A DNA stretch of 64,000 nucleotides. Source: an uncultured Chlamydiae bacterium. GTDB lineage: Bacteria > Chlamydiota > Chlamydiia > Chlamydiales > SM23-39. Under the pieces are notes generated by a model, which saw only the letters and a program-made list of their open reading frames with translations, did no database searches and was not told the origin of the DNA. Shown piece after piece: positions 9,659-19,003 of the stretch (positions within the stretch are counted from its first letter, which is position 1; each line of letters starts with the position of its first letter). The stretch is taken from NCBI GenBank assembly GCA_903893545.1, contig CAITMJ010000010.1, positions 29,602 through 93,601 on the forward strand. The letters are read 5' to 3'. Made by a program: the position numbers and the translations under genes.

Positions 9659-10606
9659 TCATCTCCTTGAGTCAATGTAAAATTGAAGAGGGCGCTGTCT
9701 GACAATTGGCAGCTCTAGTTCATGCTCTCCGCAAACACAATTGCCAAACCAGCAATAAGGCTGACAGCGCAAACGCCATGCAATGACAGACAAGCTCAAT
9801 TCTTCCGGCCAACATGTAATGCAGGGATAAACATTTTCAGTTTCTGTAAACCAATTTTGCAATAATTGGACAGCTTTTGGATTTTTCATGTTAAGTCCTA
9901 TAATGCTAGAACTAACATGAGGGATTTTTCGATAGTAATCGATAGTAACGCCAAGAGCGGCAGCCGCCTCAGGGAGGTGCGTATTCATGTTATCAGATAA
10001 AAATCCTACATTCGTAAAGAAAAATCCTTTTTCGTGAATCACAGTAAAAATCCTGTCTAGGTTAGTTAAAGGATGCATCGCTGTATCAAGCCAAAGAATT
10101 TCCTCATAACCTAGCGCTTGAGCTTCGAGTAAGAAAGCCACTTTAAAAGAATAGGGGACGTGGCAAATTTTAAGGCCTCCATTTGCCAAATTGGGGAACC
10201 CTCCAATATGCAATAAAACATGACCGCTATAGCCACATTTCTCTAGATCTGCGAGAAGTCTTCGCGCCTGTTGGGGGTAAATGCCATTGTAAGAGCCGAA
10301 TAACACAATGCATCGATTCTTTGATTGTTCATGAATATTAAAACTATGTTTTTCAAAAATTGGCATTTCATCATTGGCGCCGATAAGTTGTAGGTTTCTT
10401 ATGCGGGGAATTCGATCGTGATTGGCAAGAGGCTCCAAGTAGGCTCTGGTCCCTTGCTTGAGATATTTTTCGACGCTTCTATAATCTTCTATCGCAGGAT
10501 TTGTAATATCTTCGATAGACAACCACAACTTCATTAATTCGTCGTCACAAAAAGAATATAACGACTGTGAAATGACAAATAAAAACAGGCAAATTTTTCT
10601 TATCAT
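9659..10606 (-). CDS. exported hypothetical protein, possible nucleotide-sugar transferase fold
   Basis: 315-aa ORF. MIRKICLFLFVISQSLYSF N-terminus. YSFKVAFLLEAQALGYEEILWLDTAM resembles a DxD-type transferase core. Family not assigned. Confidence 0.5.
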   Translation of the reverse strand: MIRKICLFLFVISQSLYSFCDDELMKLWLSIEDITNPAIEDYRSVEKYLKQGTRAYLEPLANHDRIPRIRNLQLIGANDEMPIFEKHSFNIHEQSKNRCIVLFGSYNGIYPQQARRLLADLEKCGYSGHVLLHIGGFPNLANGGLKICHVPYSFKVAFLLEAQALGYEEILWLDTAMHPLTNLDRIFTVIHEKGFFFTNVGFLSDNMNTHLPEAAAALGVTIDYYRKIPHVSSSIIGLNMKNPKAVQLLQNWFTETENVYPCITCWPEELSLSVIAWRLRCQPYCWFGNCVCGEHELELPIVRQRPLQFYIDSRR

Positions 10607-12042
10607 GGATTTGATTCCTTTGAATATGTCGGATAACTGTTATCCGTAGCAGAGCCTGCTCGATGCGATATGATATCTTGGGCAACACTGTACATTTTTA
10701 AATTAGAATTTAACCAAATGTCCATATCGTAAGGGATAAAAATTCCATAATTTTTGAAATATTGTAAAATCTTTTCCATTCCTGAACGTCTGACAATCAT
10801 TGAATAAGCTCCGTAGCGCATACCAATTCTTGAGAAATCGGCGCCAACAGGATAGAAACGCTGAAAAAAAGAAGACAATGGTCCAATTGGCACATTGGGT
10901 CTAGCGGCAACGGCGCGACACGGCACGTGTTTTCCATGGTGATCTTTGGTATCAGTATCGGTGAATAAGATATCCCAATCCTCCACATAACGATCAAGCG
11001 TCGGGATTAATTGGGAAATGCGATTGGGATCGCTTACAGCCTCTACATCATCTTCCATGACCCAAATCGTCTGATATCCTGAATCAAATGCATCTTGCAA
11101 AACAGATAAATGGCTGAGGACAATTCCGATCGCTCCACGCGACATCCCTAAGCTAAAAAAAGTTTCTCCATTGGGTCGTATGATTTCGTTCCCAAGGCAC
11201 TCTTGTCCTTCAATTTCTCTATAAATTGATCCGAGAAACTTTTCTCGACCAAACTCTGAGGAGAATTTGACGCCCACCTGATTGAGAGCTTCCGTAGATA
11301 ACTTCCAACCATTGACAGCAGAAAATCGATAGGGGAAAATTCCAAAATTTTCAAGTTCCTTGGAAGTTTTAGCAAATTTCTCTGGTCTTTCATCCAAGTT
11401 AATCATGTAAATAAAATCGACCCCGTCAATTTTATGTTCCAAAGATTTGCCATTTGCCGGTTGAAAATACCTCTCTAAATTGTTTTGTGAGGCAGAAGAT
11501 AATGCACAAAAATTAGAAGGCGAATAATTCAACGTGTGCATGGCAGCATTAAACAGCTCTTTTTTTATGAAAATCGCATGCCCGCCTTGATTTTCCCAAT
11601 ACCAGTGCCCAAGAAGAGTAAAATCGAATGATTCTAAAAAAGATTTCAAAGCGGAATAATTGGATCCTCGCTTAGAAAGGTGCGTGACGGTATAAATTGC
11701 ACTTGCCTGTTTCACTTTATCTATAGAGTGACGAAGAATATCGAGTTCATGTTTTGTATCGTCTATCCATAAAAGATTACAGGAATGTCCTAAACCGTCC
11801 TGGCCAGAAAAGAAACGATTCTTCGGCCACCAATAGTCGCATGTTTTTTTCACTGCAGGGTCAGAAGCGTAGGAGAAAATAGTGGGATTGAAAGGTAAAA
11901 AAAGGGTCAAGAGATAAGTCTTTTTTGCGTCCCCATAACCAGGAATCGCACTCTCGATCTTGTAATTCCCTGTGCCACCAAATAATTGGACAGCAAAAAA
12001 AAAGAAAAAAACTCTCAATAAACGATCGATACAATTCATCAT
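10603..12042 (-). CDS. two-domain protein: N-terminal FkbM-like domain fused to a C-terminal GT25 glycosyltransferase domain
   Basis: The N-terminal half (LLWIDDTKHELDIL...FDFTLLGHWYWENQGGHAIFIKKEL) parallels the 8131 protein (FMWLDLEGFELPFL...GFTMIAHWYLEGVQGDAIFVRNEL). The C-terminal half has DFIYMINLDERPEK..RFSAVNGW..IWVMEDD. Confidence 0.8.
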   Translation of the reverse strand: MMNCIDRLLRVFFFFFAVQLFGGTGNYKIESAIPGYGDAKKTYLLTLFLPFNPTIFSYASDPAVKKTCDYWWPKNRFFSGQDGLGHSCNLLWIDDTKHELDILRHSIDKVKQASAIYTVTHLSKRGSNYSALKSFLESFDFTLLGHWYWENQGGHAIFIKKELFNAAMHTLNYSPSNFCALSSASQNNLERYFQPANGKSLEHKIDGVDFIYMINLDERPEKFAKTSKELENFGIFPYRFSAVNGWKLSTEALNQVGVKFSSEFGREKFLGSIYREIEGQECLGNEIIRPNGETFFSLGMSRGAIGIVLSHLSVLQDAFDSGYQTIWVMEDDVEAVSDPNRISQLIPTLDRYVEDWDILFTDTDTKDHHGKHVPCRAVAARPNVPIGPLSSFFQRFYPVGADFSRIGMRYGAYSMIVRRSGMEKILQYFKNYGIFIPYDMDIWLNSNLKMYSVAQDIISHRAGSATDNSYPTYSKESNP

Positions 12043-12335
12043 CGGACTCTTCCTTGGAAGAGGAGAATACTAATATAGTGACTTATTTTTAGCAAATGCA
12101 TTGGGCTTTATTGCATAATTCCCGACAAGCGATATGACGATCTTCGTCGGCTTACTGCCCAATCTATGACATGGCATCATACTGAACCAAAACTTGTTTT
12201 AAATTCTATTCGTCTTGTATAGTTTTTTCAAAGCTGTCGGGTGGGACAGTCTTGAGTACAAGTTACTCTAAGAAACCCTCTACCTTAGCTGAGGGAATCA
12301 TCAAGCAATAACGCCGTCCTTAAGAAAGCGCCCTC

Positions 12336-13265
12336 GTGAATAAGATCTTTCTTTTTCTGTTAATTTTCACGCAACTTTCGGCGAAAATTCGATTTTTTTC
12401 ATTCCAATACAACAGACCCGAATTTCTTGAATTTCAACATAAACTTTTAAAGAAGTTCGTTTTAGACGATTTCGAGTTAATTGTATTTAACGACGCACGA
12501 GACCCAACTCTTGAGATTGCAATTAGGAATATCTGCAATAAAAATAACATCCCATATGTCCGTTACGAACAAGAATGGCATAAGACCGATCCATTGAACG
12601 AGTATATCCTTCACATCCTTGAGGATCCTCGGACTGATAGTCCTTTCCAACTTGACTCAGTGCATGGGAAGTTAACAGCGGAAATCATCTCGCGATACCC
12701 TGGATTTCGCCACTGTCATGTCATACAGTATGCATTAGATCATTATGGCTACGACCATGACGATATCGTTGTCATCCTGGACCATGATCTATTCCCTATG
12801 AAACCCCTTAGCATTAGAAAGCTATTAGAAGATGCTCCACTCATAGGAATTGAACACATAGGCAGGCATGGAGACCGCTATTTATGGGTTCCCTTTATCG
12901 CTTTTGACCCGAAGAGATTTCCTAATATCAGAGATCTAAAATTTCACTGTGATGCAATCAATCACCATTTTTACGATACCGGAGCCGCTTCTTATCACTA
13001 CTTGAAAAACAACCCGAACGTTCCCTATAGAATGTATCCTCGTATTTACGACCAAGAATTTTATCATTTATCGACGCGAAAACTTCAACATCTAGGACTC
13101 AGCAGAGATGAAATTCGTCTCATCAAGGATTTGCCGTGGCCTGGTTGTATTGAATTTTATATAGACTTTCATTTTCTACATTATTGCGGTGGGTACATCG
13201 ATTCTCACCCAATAAAACAATCCGCTGTTCTAGATTACTTAAGGCGAGTTTTGAATAAAGAATAA
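12336..13265 (+). CDS. hypothetical protein with an N-terminal signal/anchor, possible glycosyltransferase
   Basis: GTG start. NKIFLFLLIFTQLSA, ELIVFNDARDP and VVILDHDLFP (DxD-like). Family not assigned. Confidence 0.5.
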   Translation: MNKIFLFLLIFTQLSAKIRFFSFQYNRPEFLEFQHKLLKKFVLDDFELIVFNDARDPTLEIAIRNICNKNNIPYVRYEQEWHKTDPLNEYILHILEDPRTDSPFQLDSVHGKLTAEIISRYPGFRHCHVIQYALDHYGYDHDDIVVILDHDLFPMKPLSIRKLLEDAPLIGIEHIGRHGDRYLWVPFIAFDPKRFPNIRDLKFHCDAINHHFYDTGAASYHYLKNNPNVPYRMYPRIYDQEFYHLSTRKLQHLGLSRDEIRLIKDLPWPGCIEFYIDFHFLHYCGGYIDSHPIKQSAVLDYLRRVLNKE

Positions 13266-13285
13266 AAACCTATTTGAGTAAAAAG

Positions 13286-14176
13286 ATGAAACGAATATTC
13301 CTGCTTTTTTTATGCGCCTGCATCCATCTATTAAATGGGAGCGAGTATCGATACCAACTTGCTATCGGAGCAATTTTTCGCGATGAAGCTCCTTATTTAA
13401 AAGAGTGGATTGAGTTTCATAAACTGGTTGGCGTTGAACATTTTTATTTATATAACAATTTTAGCACAGATGATTACGAATCCGTATTGCAGCCCTACAT
13501 CGATGTGGGCGAAGTAGAATTAATTCAATGGCCCTATACTTCCAGTTCATGGGAACACTGGCTGTATGAAATTCAAGCCGGCGCTTATACAAATTGCCTC
13601 TCTCTTGCCAGAGGAAAGGCAAAATGGCTAGCAATCATCGATATCGATGAATTTTTGACGCCCCTAAGCGGAGATTATGTCCCTGATATTTTGAAAGACT
13701 ACGAAGCATTTGGAGGCGTTGGATTTAATTGGAAACTCTTTGGACATTCAGGACTCCTCGATCTAGCACCTAATAAGCTCATGATTGAATCTTTGGTGAG
13801 GACTGCTGCACATGACAGGTCGACCCATTTGGGAATAAAATCTATTGTGCGTCCAGAACGGGTCAAAGATTGCCATCACCCCCATTATGTCTCTTATGCA
13901 GATGGGTTTTATCATGTAAACTCCAACAAGGAGCCTTCCATTAATTCTCAAGGGGTAACGAACGGCGTGTATTATGACCGTTTAGCCATCAATCATTATT
14001 GGAGCCGGACAGGAAATTATCTCTACAAAAAACTAAAGCGCTGGCATGTATTAGCGCCTCATGTTATCCCCGAACAATGGCCAACTTATGTAGAGAGCAT
14101 GAACGTTCTACTCGATCATAGTATGGATCGCTTTGTGCTTCCTTTACGGAAAAAAATGGGATATCCCATTGATTAA
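13286..14176 (+). CDS. GT92/DUF23-type (Glyco_tranf_2_4-like) glycosyltransferase with a signal/anchor
   Basis: MKRIFLLFLCACIHLLNG, then AIFRDEAPYLKEWIEFHKLVGVEHFYLYNNFSTDDYESVLQPY and IIDIDEF. The ORF-track start at 13274 is a TTG; the ATG at 13286 is preferred. Confidence 0.7.
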   Translation: MKRIFLLFLCACIHLLNGSEYRYQLAIGAIFRDEAPYLKEWIEFHKLVGVEHFYLYNNFSTDDYESVLQPYIDVGEVELIQWPYTSSSWEHWLYEIQAGAYTNCLSLARGKAKWLAIIDIDEFLTPLSGDYVPDILKDYEAFGGVGFNWKLFGHSGLLDLAPNKLMIESLVRTAAHDRSTHLGIKSIVRPERVKDCHHPHYVSYADGFYHVNSNKEPSINSQGVTNGVYYDRLAINHYWSRTGNYLYKKLKRWHVLAPHVIPEQWPTYVESMNVLLDHSMDRFVLPLRKKMGYPID

Positions 14177-15021
14177 GGGTGTAATTTTTCCACAAATCTC
14201 TGAATTGCAAAGTCTTTTGTCCTAGAAAATGATTGGTAATGCTCCATGAGCAAATGAGGGGGCTCTCCCATTTTGATTTTTCTTGGGTACCTGTAATTCT
14301 GAAAGAAGTATTCGTCTCGTAAAACGTAGTGATTGATCCGTAGATACCTGTGTGTATTTGGGATAAAGATTGAAAAAATTTTTTCGTCAAAGGGCCGTCC
14401 ACTTCCATTGTAATAGGAAAGTCCAGGGTTTAAGCTGACATGGTGCGGAGACCAGGGAGCTTCTAGATTCATGCATTCAGGTCTTATGATCGATTTGCCT
14501 ACATTATTGTTCGGATGCTCTGGCAGAGAACAAGCCGTCAGACGCTGAAGGAGAGACTCCCCTTCGCGAAGAGTAATTTTGCCTGTTCCAAAATTTCGCC
14601 AATTCAAGAAAACTGCGCTGGCGTTTTGATAATGCTTATCTAAGCTCTCAAGGACTGTTTGTTCTTTAGGATGCATGGGGAGAATAAATTCGTCGATATC
14701 AATGATCGCTAACCATTTCGTCTTGCCTCGTGCATTGACGATTCCCTCCTTATAAATTGTCAATTGCTCCTTAAAACCACCTTCTCCTGTCCAAGTGATG
14801 ACGTTGACTACGCCTTCGTCAATGTAGGGCTGCAAAACAGATTCCCAATTGTCTGTGCTATGATCGTTGTAGAGCCAGAAGTGTTGCACTCCAACAAGGC
14901 GATGGTAGTCGACCCATTCTTTGAGATAGTTCGACTCATCTCTAAACATCGCAAGAATAGAAAGCTCATACGCTGATAGAGAGACGCAAGAAAATAGAAG
15001 AATACACATTCGAATAAACAT
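14173..15021 (-). CDS. GT92/DUF23-type glycosyltransferase, paralog of 13286-14176
   Basis: MFIRMCILLFSCVSLSA, then AMFRDESNYLKEWVDYHRLVGVQHFWLYNDHSTDNWESVLQPY and IIDIDEF. Convergent with its paralog, with a 4-nt overlap. Confidence 0.7.
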   Translation of the reverse strand: MFIRMCILLFSCVSLSAYELSILAMFRDESNYLKEWVDYHRLVGVQHFWLYNDHSTDNWESVLQPYIDEGVVNVITWTGEGGFKEQLTIYKEGIVNARGKTKWLAIIDIDEFILPMHPKEQTVLESLDKHYQNASAVFLNWRNFGTGKITLREGESLLQRLTACSLPEHPNNNVGKSIIRPECMNLEAPWSPHHVSLNPGLSYYNGSGRPFDEKIFSIFIPNTHRYLRINHYVLRDEYFFQNYRYPRKIKMGEPPHLLMEHYQSFSRTKDFAIQRFVEKLHP

Positions 15022-15942
15022 CTAGTTTCCCTTCTGTAAATAATTAGCGCCACCATTGTCTGAAATCGCTCTCGCTTCAGTTGTCACAACATCTTTTTGC
15101 ACGGTAAAAAGTTTCATACTTTCAGGAAGATAAAACATCATATCAAAGGGTAAAAAAATGTTGTGGGTTTTTGCATAGTGTAGGATTTTTTCCATCGCGC
15201 TGCGTCTGACAATCATTGAATAGGCGCCATAGCGCGCGCCGATCCGTCTAAATTCGGAGCCTACGTTTCTCTCCTGACTAAATCGGTCAGGACTTACCGG
15301 CTCAAAATTGGGACTTCTGGCATAGCCCTTACAGGGCACATAATTTCCTTGCTGATCCTTCGTATCGCGATCTGTAAAGAGAAGATCCCAATTGCCTTTG
15401 CCTACTTTGGCATCTAACTTCTGGATTAAATCGGGAATGCTCCTAGGATCTTGCACAAGCTCAATATCGTCTTCCATGACCCAAATCGTCTCGTACCCAG
15501 AATCCAATGCATCTTGTAGAATGGAAAGGTGACTTAAAGAAATCCCAATCGGACCTCGTCCCATGCAATGGCAAAAGTATACTTGCCCCTCTGTGTGAAT
15601 GATTTCATGATGAGGAGAATAGGTTGGATCTAAATAGCTCGTCCCCCAAAACCCTCCCGTCATGCCCGGCATAAATTTTACACCGACATCATTGATCGTC
15701 TCTAAACTGAGTTCCCATCCATTTACCGCAGAAAAACGGTACGGATAAATTTGGTAAGGGTAAAGCTGCTTTACGCATTTGAGATATTTCTCTGGTCTTT
15801 GATCGAGGTTGATCAAATAGATAAAATCGATATTCCGATAGGAATGGATAGACGCCTTTCGAGGTGCTGGCTTGAAATGATCTTCAAGTTTTGCAAAAGC
15901 AGAAGAAAAAAAAAGCAAAAAACACCAGATCAAATTCTTCAT
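15022..15942 (-). CDS. GT25 family glycosyltransferase with a signal/anchor
   Basis: Start trimmed to MKNLIWCFLLFFSSAFA. DFIYLINLDQRPEK..RFSAVNGW..GPIGISLSHLSILQDA..IWVMEDD. Close paralog of the C-terminal half of 10603-12042. Confidence 0.8.
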   Translation of the reverse strand: MKNLIWCFLLFFSSAFAKLEDHFKPAPRKASIHSYRNIDFIYLINLDQRPEKYLKCVKQLYPYQIYPYRFSAVNGWELSLETINDVGVKFMPGMTGGFWGTSYLDPTYSPHHEIIHTEGQVYFCHCMGRGPIGISLSHLSILQDALDSGYETIWVMEDDIELVQDPRSIPDLIQKLDAKVGKGNWDLLFTDRDTKDQQGNYVPCKGYARSPNFEPVSPDRFSQERNVGSEFRRIGARYGAYSMIVRRSAMEKILHYAKTHNIFLPFDMMFYLPESMKLFTVQKDVVTTEARAISDNGGANYLQKGN

Positions 15943-16069
15943 CGCTCTCCCATTAAATTTGCCCATTCTACAAAAAGAATTTGAATTTCTGCAAATGCTA
16001 TCTATCCACACCCTTGTCTCGACGCAAAATCTATTGAAAACAATCCAATTTCATTCGTAAAATTTTCCA

Positions 16070-16909
16070 ATGCGAGAAAAACTCATCCCGTGTCTTTTCC
16101 TAGCAGTCACTGCGTTCGCCCAAACCAATATAGAAAACTACTTCAGAGATCTCGAGATTCAACATTTTGACTCTGGGTTGGACAAGATCGATTGCGTGTA
16201 TGTCATCAATTTGGAAAATCGCCCTGAAAAATGGATAGAGACAAAAAATGCTCTAGAAAACTACGGCATTCATCCCAATCGAGTCGATGCGATCAATGGC
16301 TGGGCTCTTAGCGAAAAAGATCGGCAAATTCTCTCAGGCAAGTACCCTATTCGATTGCGCGGCGGCCAAATAGGCTGCATTTTAAGTCACTTATCAGCGC
16401 TCAAAGACGCTCAGAGAAAAAATTACAACCTCATTTGGATTTGCGAAGACGACATTCAAATTTGCGAAAACCCACACCAAATTAGCGATTTTCTATCTAC
16501 ACTCTCGCAAATTGATCCCGAGTGGGACATCTTCTATACAGATAGTGACAGTAAAAAAAATGGCGATGGAGCGGTTGCTCCTTCGGTAGAGTCTGATTTC
16601 AGGCCAAATTTCCCCCATAACGGCCTCTCTTATTATATAAAAAGAGAGCCTGTCAATGAGGATATGCTTAGAATATACCAACGATTTGGCGCCTACTCAA
16701 TGATCCTTTCAAAGACAGGCATAGAAAACGTTCTAAGACACTTCACAAATAATTATCTTTGGACATCCTATGATGTCGACATCCACTACATTCCCGGCAT
16801 AAGGCAGTACTGCGTAAATAGAGATGTCGTTTCTATTAATTACAAGATCCGCTCTGATACAGAGCCGACTACCTTGGAAACGGGAACCGCTTCAGATCTT
16901 CAGCGATAA
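16070..16909 (+). CDS. GT25 family glycosyltransferase with a signal/anchor
   Basis: [62 protein letters not shown]. Confidence 0.8.
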   Translation: MREKLIPCLFLAVTAFAQTNIENYFRDLEIQHFDSGLDKIDCVYVINLENRPEKWIETKNALENYGIHPNRVDAINGWALSEKDRQILSGKYPIRLRGGQIGCILSHLSALKDAQRKNYNLIWICEDDIQICENPHQISDFLSTLSQIDPEWDIFYTDSDSKKNGDGAVAPSVESDFRPNFPHNGLSYYIKREPVNEDMLRIYQRFGAYSMILSKTGIENVLRHFTNNYLWTSYDVDIHYIPGIRQYCVNRDVVSINYKIRSDTEPTTLETGTASDLQR

Positions 16910-17774
16910 ATGTATTGGGGAAGACTGCCTTGGCCTCCACGCCGAACCCGTCTAGCTCGCGATAGCGGGCAGAAAAGTGGGTAAGGACAAGCATCTCCAC
17001 TTCTGCTTCCTTGGCAATCTCAGCGGCTTGGATTGCAGTCATGTGGTGATATTCATGAGCCATGGCGCGCTCAGTATCGAGATACGTTGCTTCACAAAGC
17101 AGAAGTTTAGCCCCTTTGGCGATCTGAACGGCTTCTTTGCAAGGCCTCGTATCGATCACGTAGGCAAATGCATCTCCAGGCCGGATGTGACTGACCTCTT
17201 GAAGGGTAATCGTACGGCCATCCACCTTGATTTTCCCATGTCGCTCTAGATCTCGAATAATGGGGCCGTCGAGTTGGAGAGTTTTTAGCTTCTCTTTTTC
17301 AAACTTGACCGTGTCAGGTTCTGTGATGCGCCATCCGATATTTTCAACGCCGTGGTCGAGAAAGACAGCCTCAATGCGAAATTTCCCATCGTCTTCGACA
17401 AGTCCTGCTTTTTTGACGGGATGTTCGATCACTTCGATGTTCTCGCGATAGATGCAGCCGTAACGAAGCCGATCGAAAAATTTCTTGCCACTCGCGGGGT
17501 AGTAGCAGTGGATCGGGTGGGTCACCTTATCGAGATTGAGGCGAAGGAGCATGGAGCCAAGGCCGAGGCAATGATCTCCATGGAAATGGCTGATGAAAAT
17601 ACGGGTCACGCACGGGGGCGGGATGTCGGCAAAGATGAACTGCCGCTGCGTCCCTTCGCCAGGGTCAAAAAGGAGCCCTTCATCGTTCCAGCGGAGAAGA
17701 TAAGCTCCATGGTTACGAAAACGGGTCTGCTGCTGGCTAGAACAGCCAAGAATGGTAAGATCGCGTACGCTCAT
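16869..17774 (-). CDS. rnz: ribonuclease Z (metallo-beta-lactamase fold tRNA 3' endonuclease)
   Basis: [20 protein letters not shown] and [12 protein letters not shown] (HxHxDH). The 3' end overlaps the convergent GT25 gene by 41 nt. Confidence 0.85.
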   Translation of the reverse strand: MSVRDLTILGCSSQQQTRFRNHGAYLLRWNDEGLLFDPGEGTQRQFIFADIPPPCVTRIFISHFHGDHCLGLGSMLLRLNLDKVTHPIHCYYPASGKKFFDRLRYGCIYRENIEVIEHPVKKAGLVEDDGKFRIEAVFLDHGVENIGWRITEPDTVKFEKEKLKTLQLDGPIIRDLERHGKIKVDGRTITLQEVSHIRPGDAFAYVIDTRPCKEAVQIAKGAKLLLCEATYLDTERAMAHEYHHMTAIQAAEIAKEAEVEMLVLTHFSARYRELDGFGVEAKAVFPNTFIAEDLKRFPFPR

Positions 17775-17827
17775 GCAAGCAATATATCATGCGATCCCCA
17801 CCAACTTCAACGAACTTCTTCCCATAT

Positions 17828-17882
17828 TTAACCACAGAGATAGGCAACCACAGGTGCGGGGCTTCTCCGCCTCTATGGTTAA
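17828..17882. repeat. hairpin element with arms TTAACCACAGAG / CTCTATGGTTAA, related to the 52598-52644 hairpin
   Basis: Arms at 17828-17839 and 17871-17882 are complementary at 11 of 12 positions. It starts 8 nt after the rhomboid gene stop on the minus strand. The arm sequence recurs at 52598. Confidence 0.7.
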
Positions 17883-17890
17883 TATTTTTC

Positions 17891-19003
17891 TTACAGATCT
17901 GGTCTGGCGGCAAAGTAGGGAAGGCGAGCAAGGCCAACGCCTAGGAGAGCTCCTGCGATATGGGCTGTGTTGGCGATATTTGGCGCAAAAGTCGAGTCGG
18001 TAAAAAGAAAAAAGAGAAACGATCCGAATTGGAGGGCGAACATAGCGAGGACAAAGACCGCAAGAAAGATCACGACCGATCTTTGCAGCGGGTAGCCTTC
18101 CCACGGGGCGATCCTTTCGCGCTGCCAAATAAATCCGGCAAGTCCCATGACGATCCCTGAGTAGCCGAGAAAGAAAGGGCCGCTCATGAGGTATTGCGCT
18201 GTGTTGGTGGCAATCCCGAGAAAAAGCGTTAAAAGAACGTAGCGAAAAGAGCCTATCCTGCCCTCAATTTGGCGGCCAAGCATCCAAAGCCAGAGCATAT
18301 TGAAGAGAATGTGCAAAAACTCCGTGTGGAGAATGGCCGGGGAAAAAAGACGCCAAACCTCCCCCTCTCGAATTTTGATAAAAAGAGGCCCCTTAGCCTG
18401 GCTCGTGTCCTTCCCCTTGATCTTGAAGGAGGCCCAGGCATAAATCCCACGCCAAAAAGGGACATTTTCTGCCGCCTCAATCTCTTGCTTCATGGCTGCT
18501 GGGAGCTCTTTTTGATCGGCGGGGATTTTGTATTTTGCGAGAATCTCTTCTACCTGCTTTAACGGGGGTGGAACGTCGTAAAAAAGGGACATTTGGATAG
18601 GCGTAATAAGAGCTTCTGGACTCCCCTCTTCTCGAAGATTGATCGTCTGCATCGCATTGAGAAAAAAGACAAAAACGCATAGAGCGAGAAAAAAAGAGGT
18701 CGCCTTGACATTTGGAGAGGCCCTTTCAAGCACCATTTCCCCTGAAGAGCTCTCTTCTTCTGAAGGTGGACTCTCCTGGATAGGAACGTCAAATTGAGCA
18801 TTTCTCGGATCGGTCTGAAAATGGGAAAAGTAATCAGCGGCAGCGGCGATTTGATCTTCATTGTGAATCCAAATCGCGTAGAGAAATTGATTCGATGCGG
18901 GATCAAAAGAAGGGTCTATGCTATTTTCAATGTTCGCGCGGCTTAAAAAAGCAGCAAAACGACGAGCTTCTACTTCGTGTTCTACCGTTCCAATCAATCG
19001 CAT
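17891..19003 (-). CDS. rhomboid family intramembrane serine protease
   Basis: HILFNMLWLWMLG (H..xN) and GYSGIVMGLAGF (GxSG) in a multi-TM C-terminal half, with a soluble N-terminal domain. Confidence 0.85.
   Translation of the reverse strand: MRLIGTVEHEVEARRFAAFLSRANIENSIDPSFDPASNQFLYAIWIHNEDQIAAAADYFSHFQTDPRNAQFDVPIQESPPSEEESSSGEMVLERASPNVKATSFFLALCVFVFFLNAMQTINLREEGSPEALITPIQMSLFYDVPPPLKQVEEILAKYKIPADQKELPAAMKQEIEAAENVPFWRGIYAWASFKIKGKDTSQAKGPLFIKIREGEVWRLFSPAILHTEFLHILFNMLWLWMLGRQIEGRIGSFRYVLLTLFLGIATNTAQYLMSGPFFLGYSGIVMGLAGFIWQRERIAPWEGYPLQRSVVIFLAVFVLAMFALQFGSFLFFLFTDSTFAPNIANTAHIAGALLGVGLARLPYFAARPDL

Noticed and set aside
8131..16909. Calling the glycosylation island a mobile element or genomic island with defined ends
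   Set aside because: I found no integrase, transposase, flanking tRNA or flanking direct repeats. Only compositional and content evidence supports foreign origin, so it is reported as a finding, not as a mobile_element feature.
17352..18128. ORFs 17352-17831 (+), 17752-18003 (+) and 17787-18128 (-) around the rnz/rhomboid junction
   Set aside because: They overlap confidently called genes (rnz, rhomboid) in antisense or alternate frames, and cover the intergenic hairpin. No motifs were recognised.
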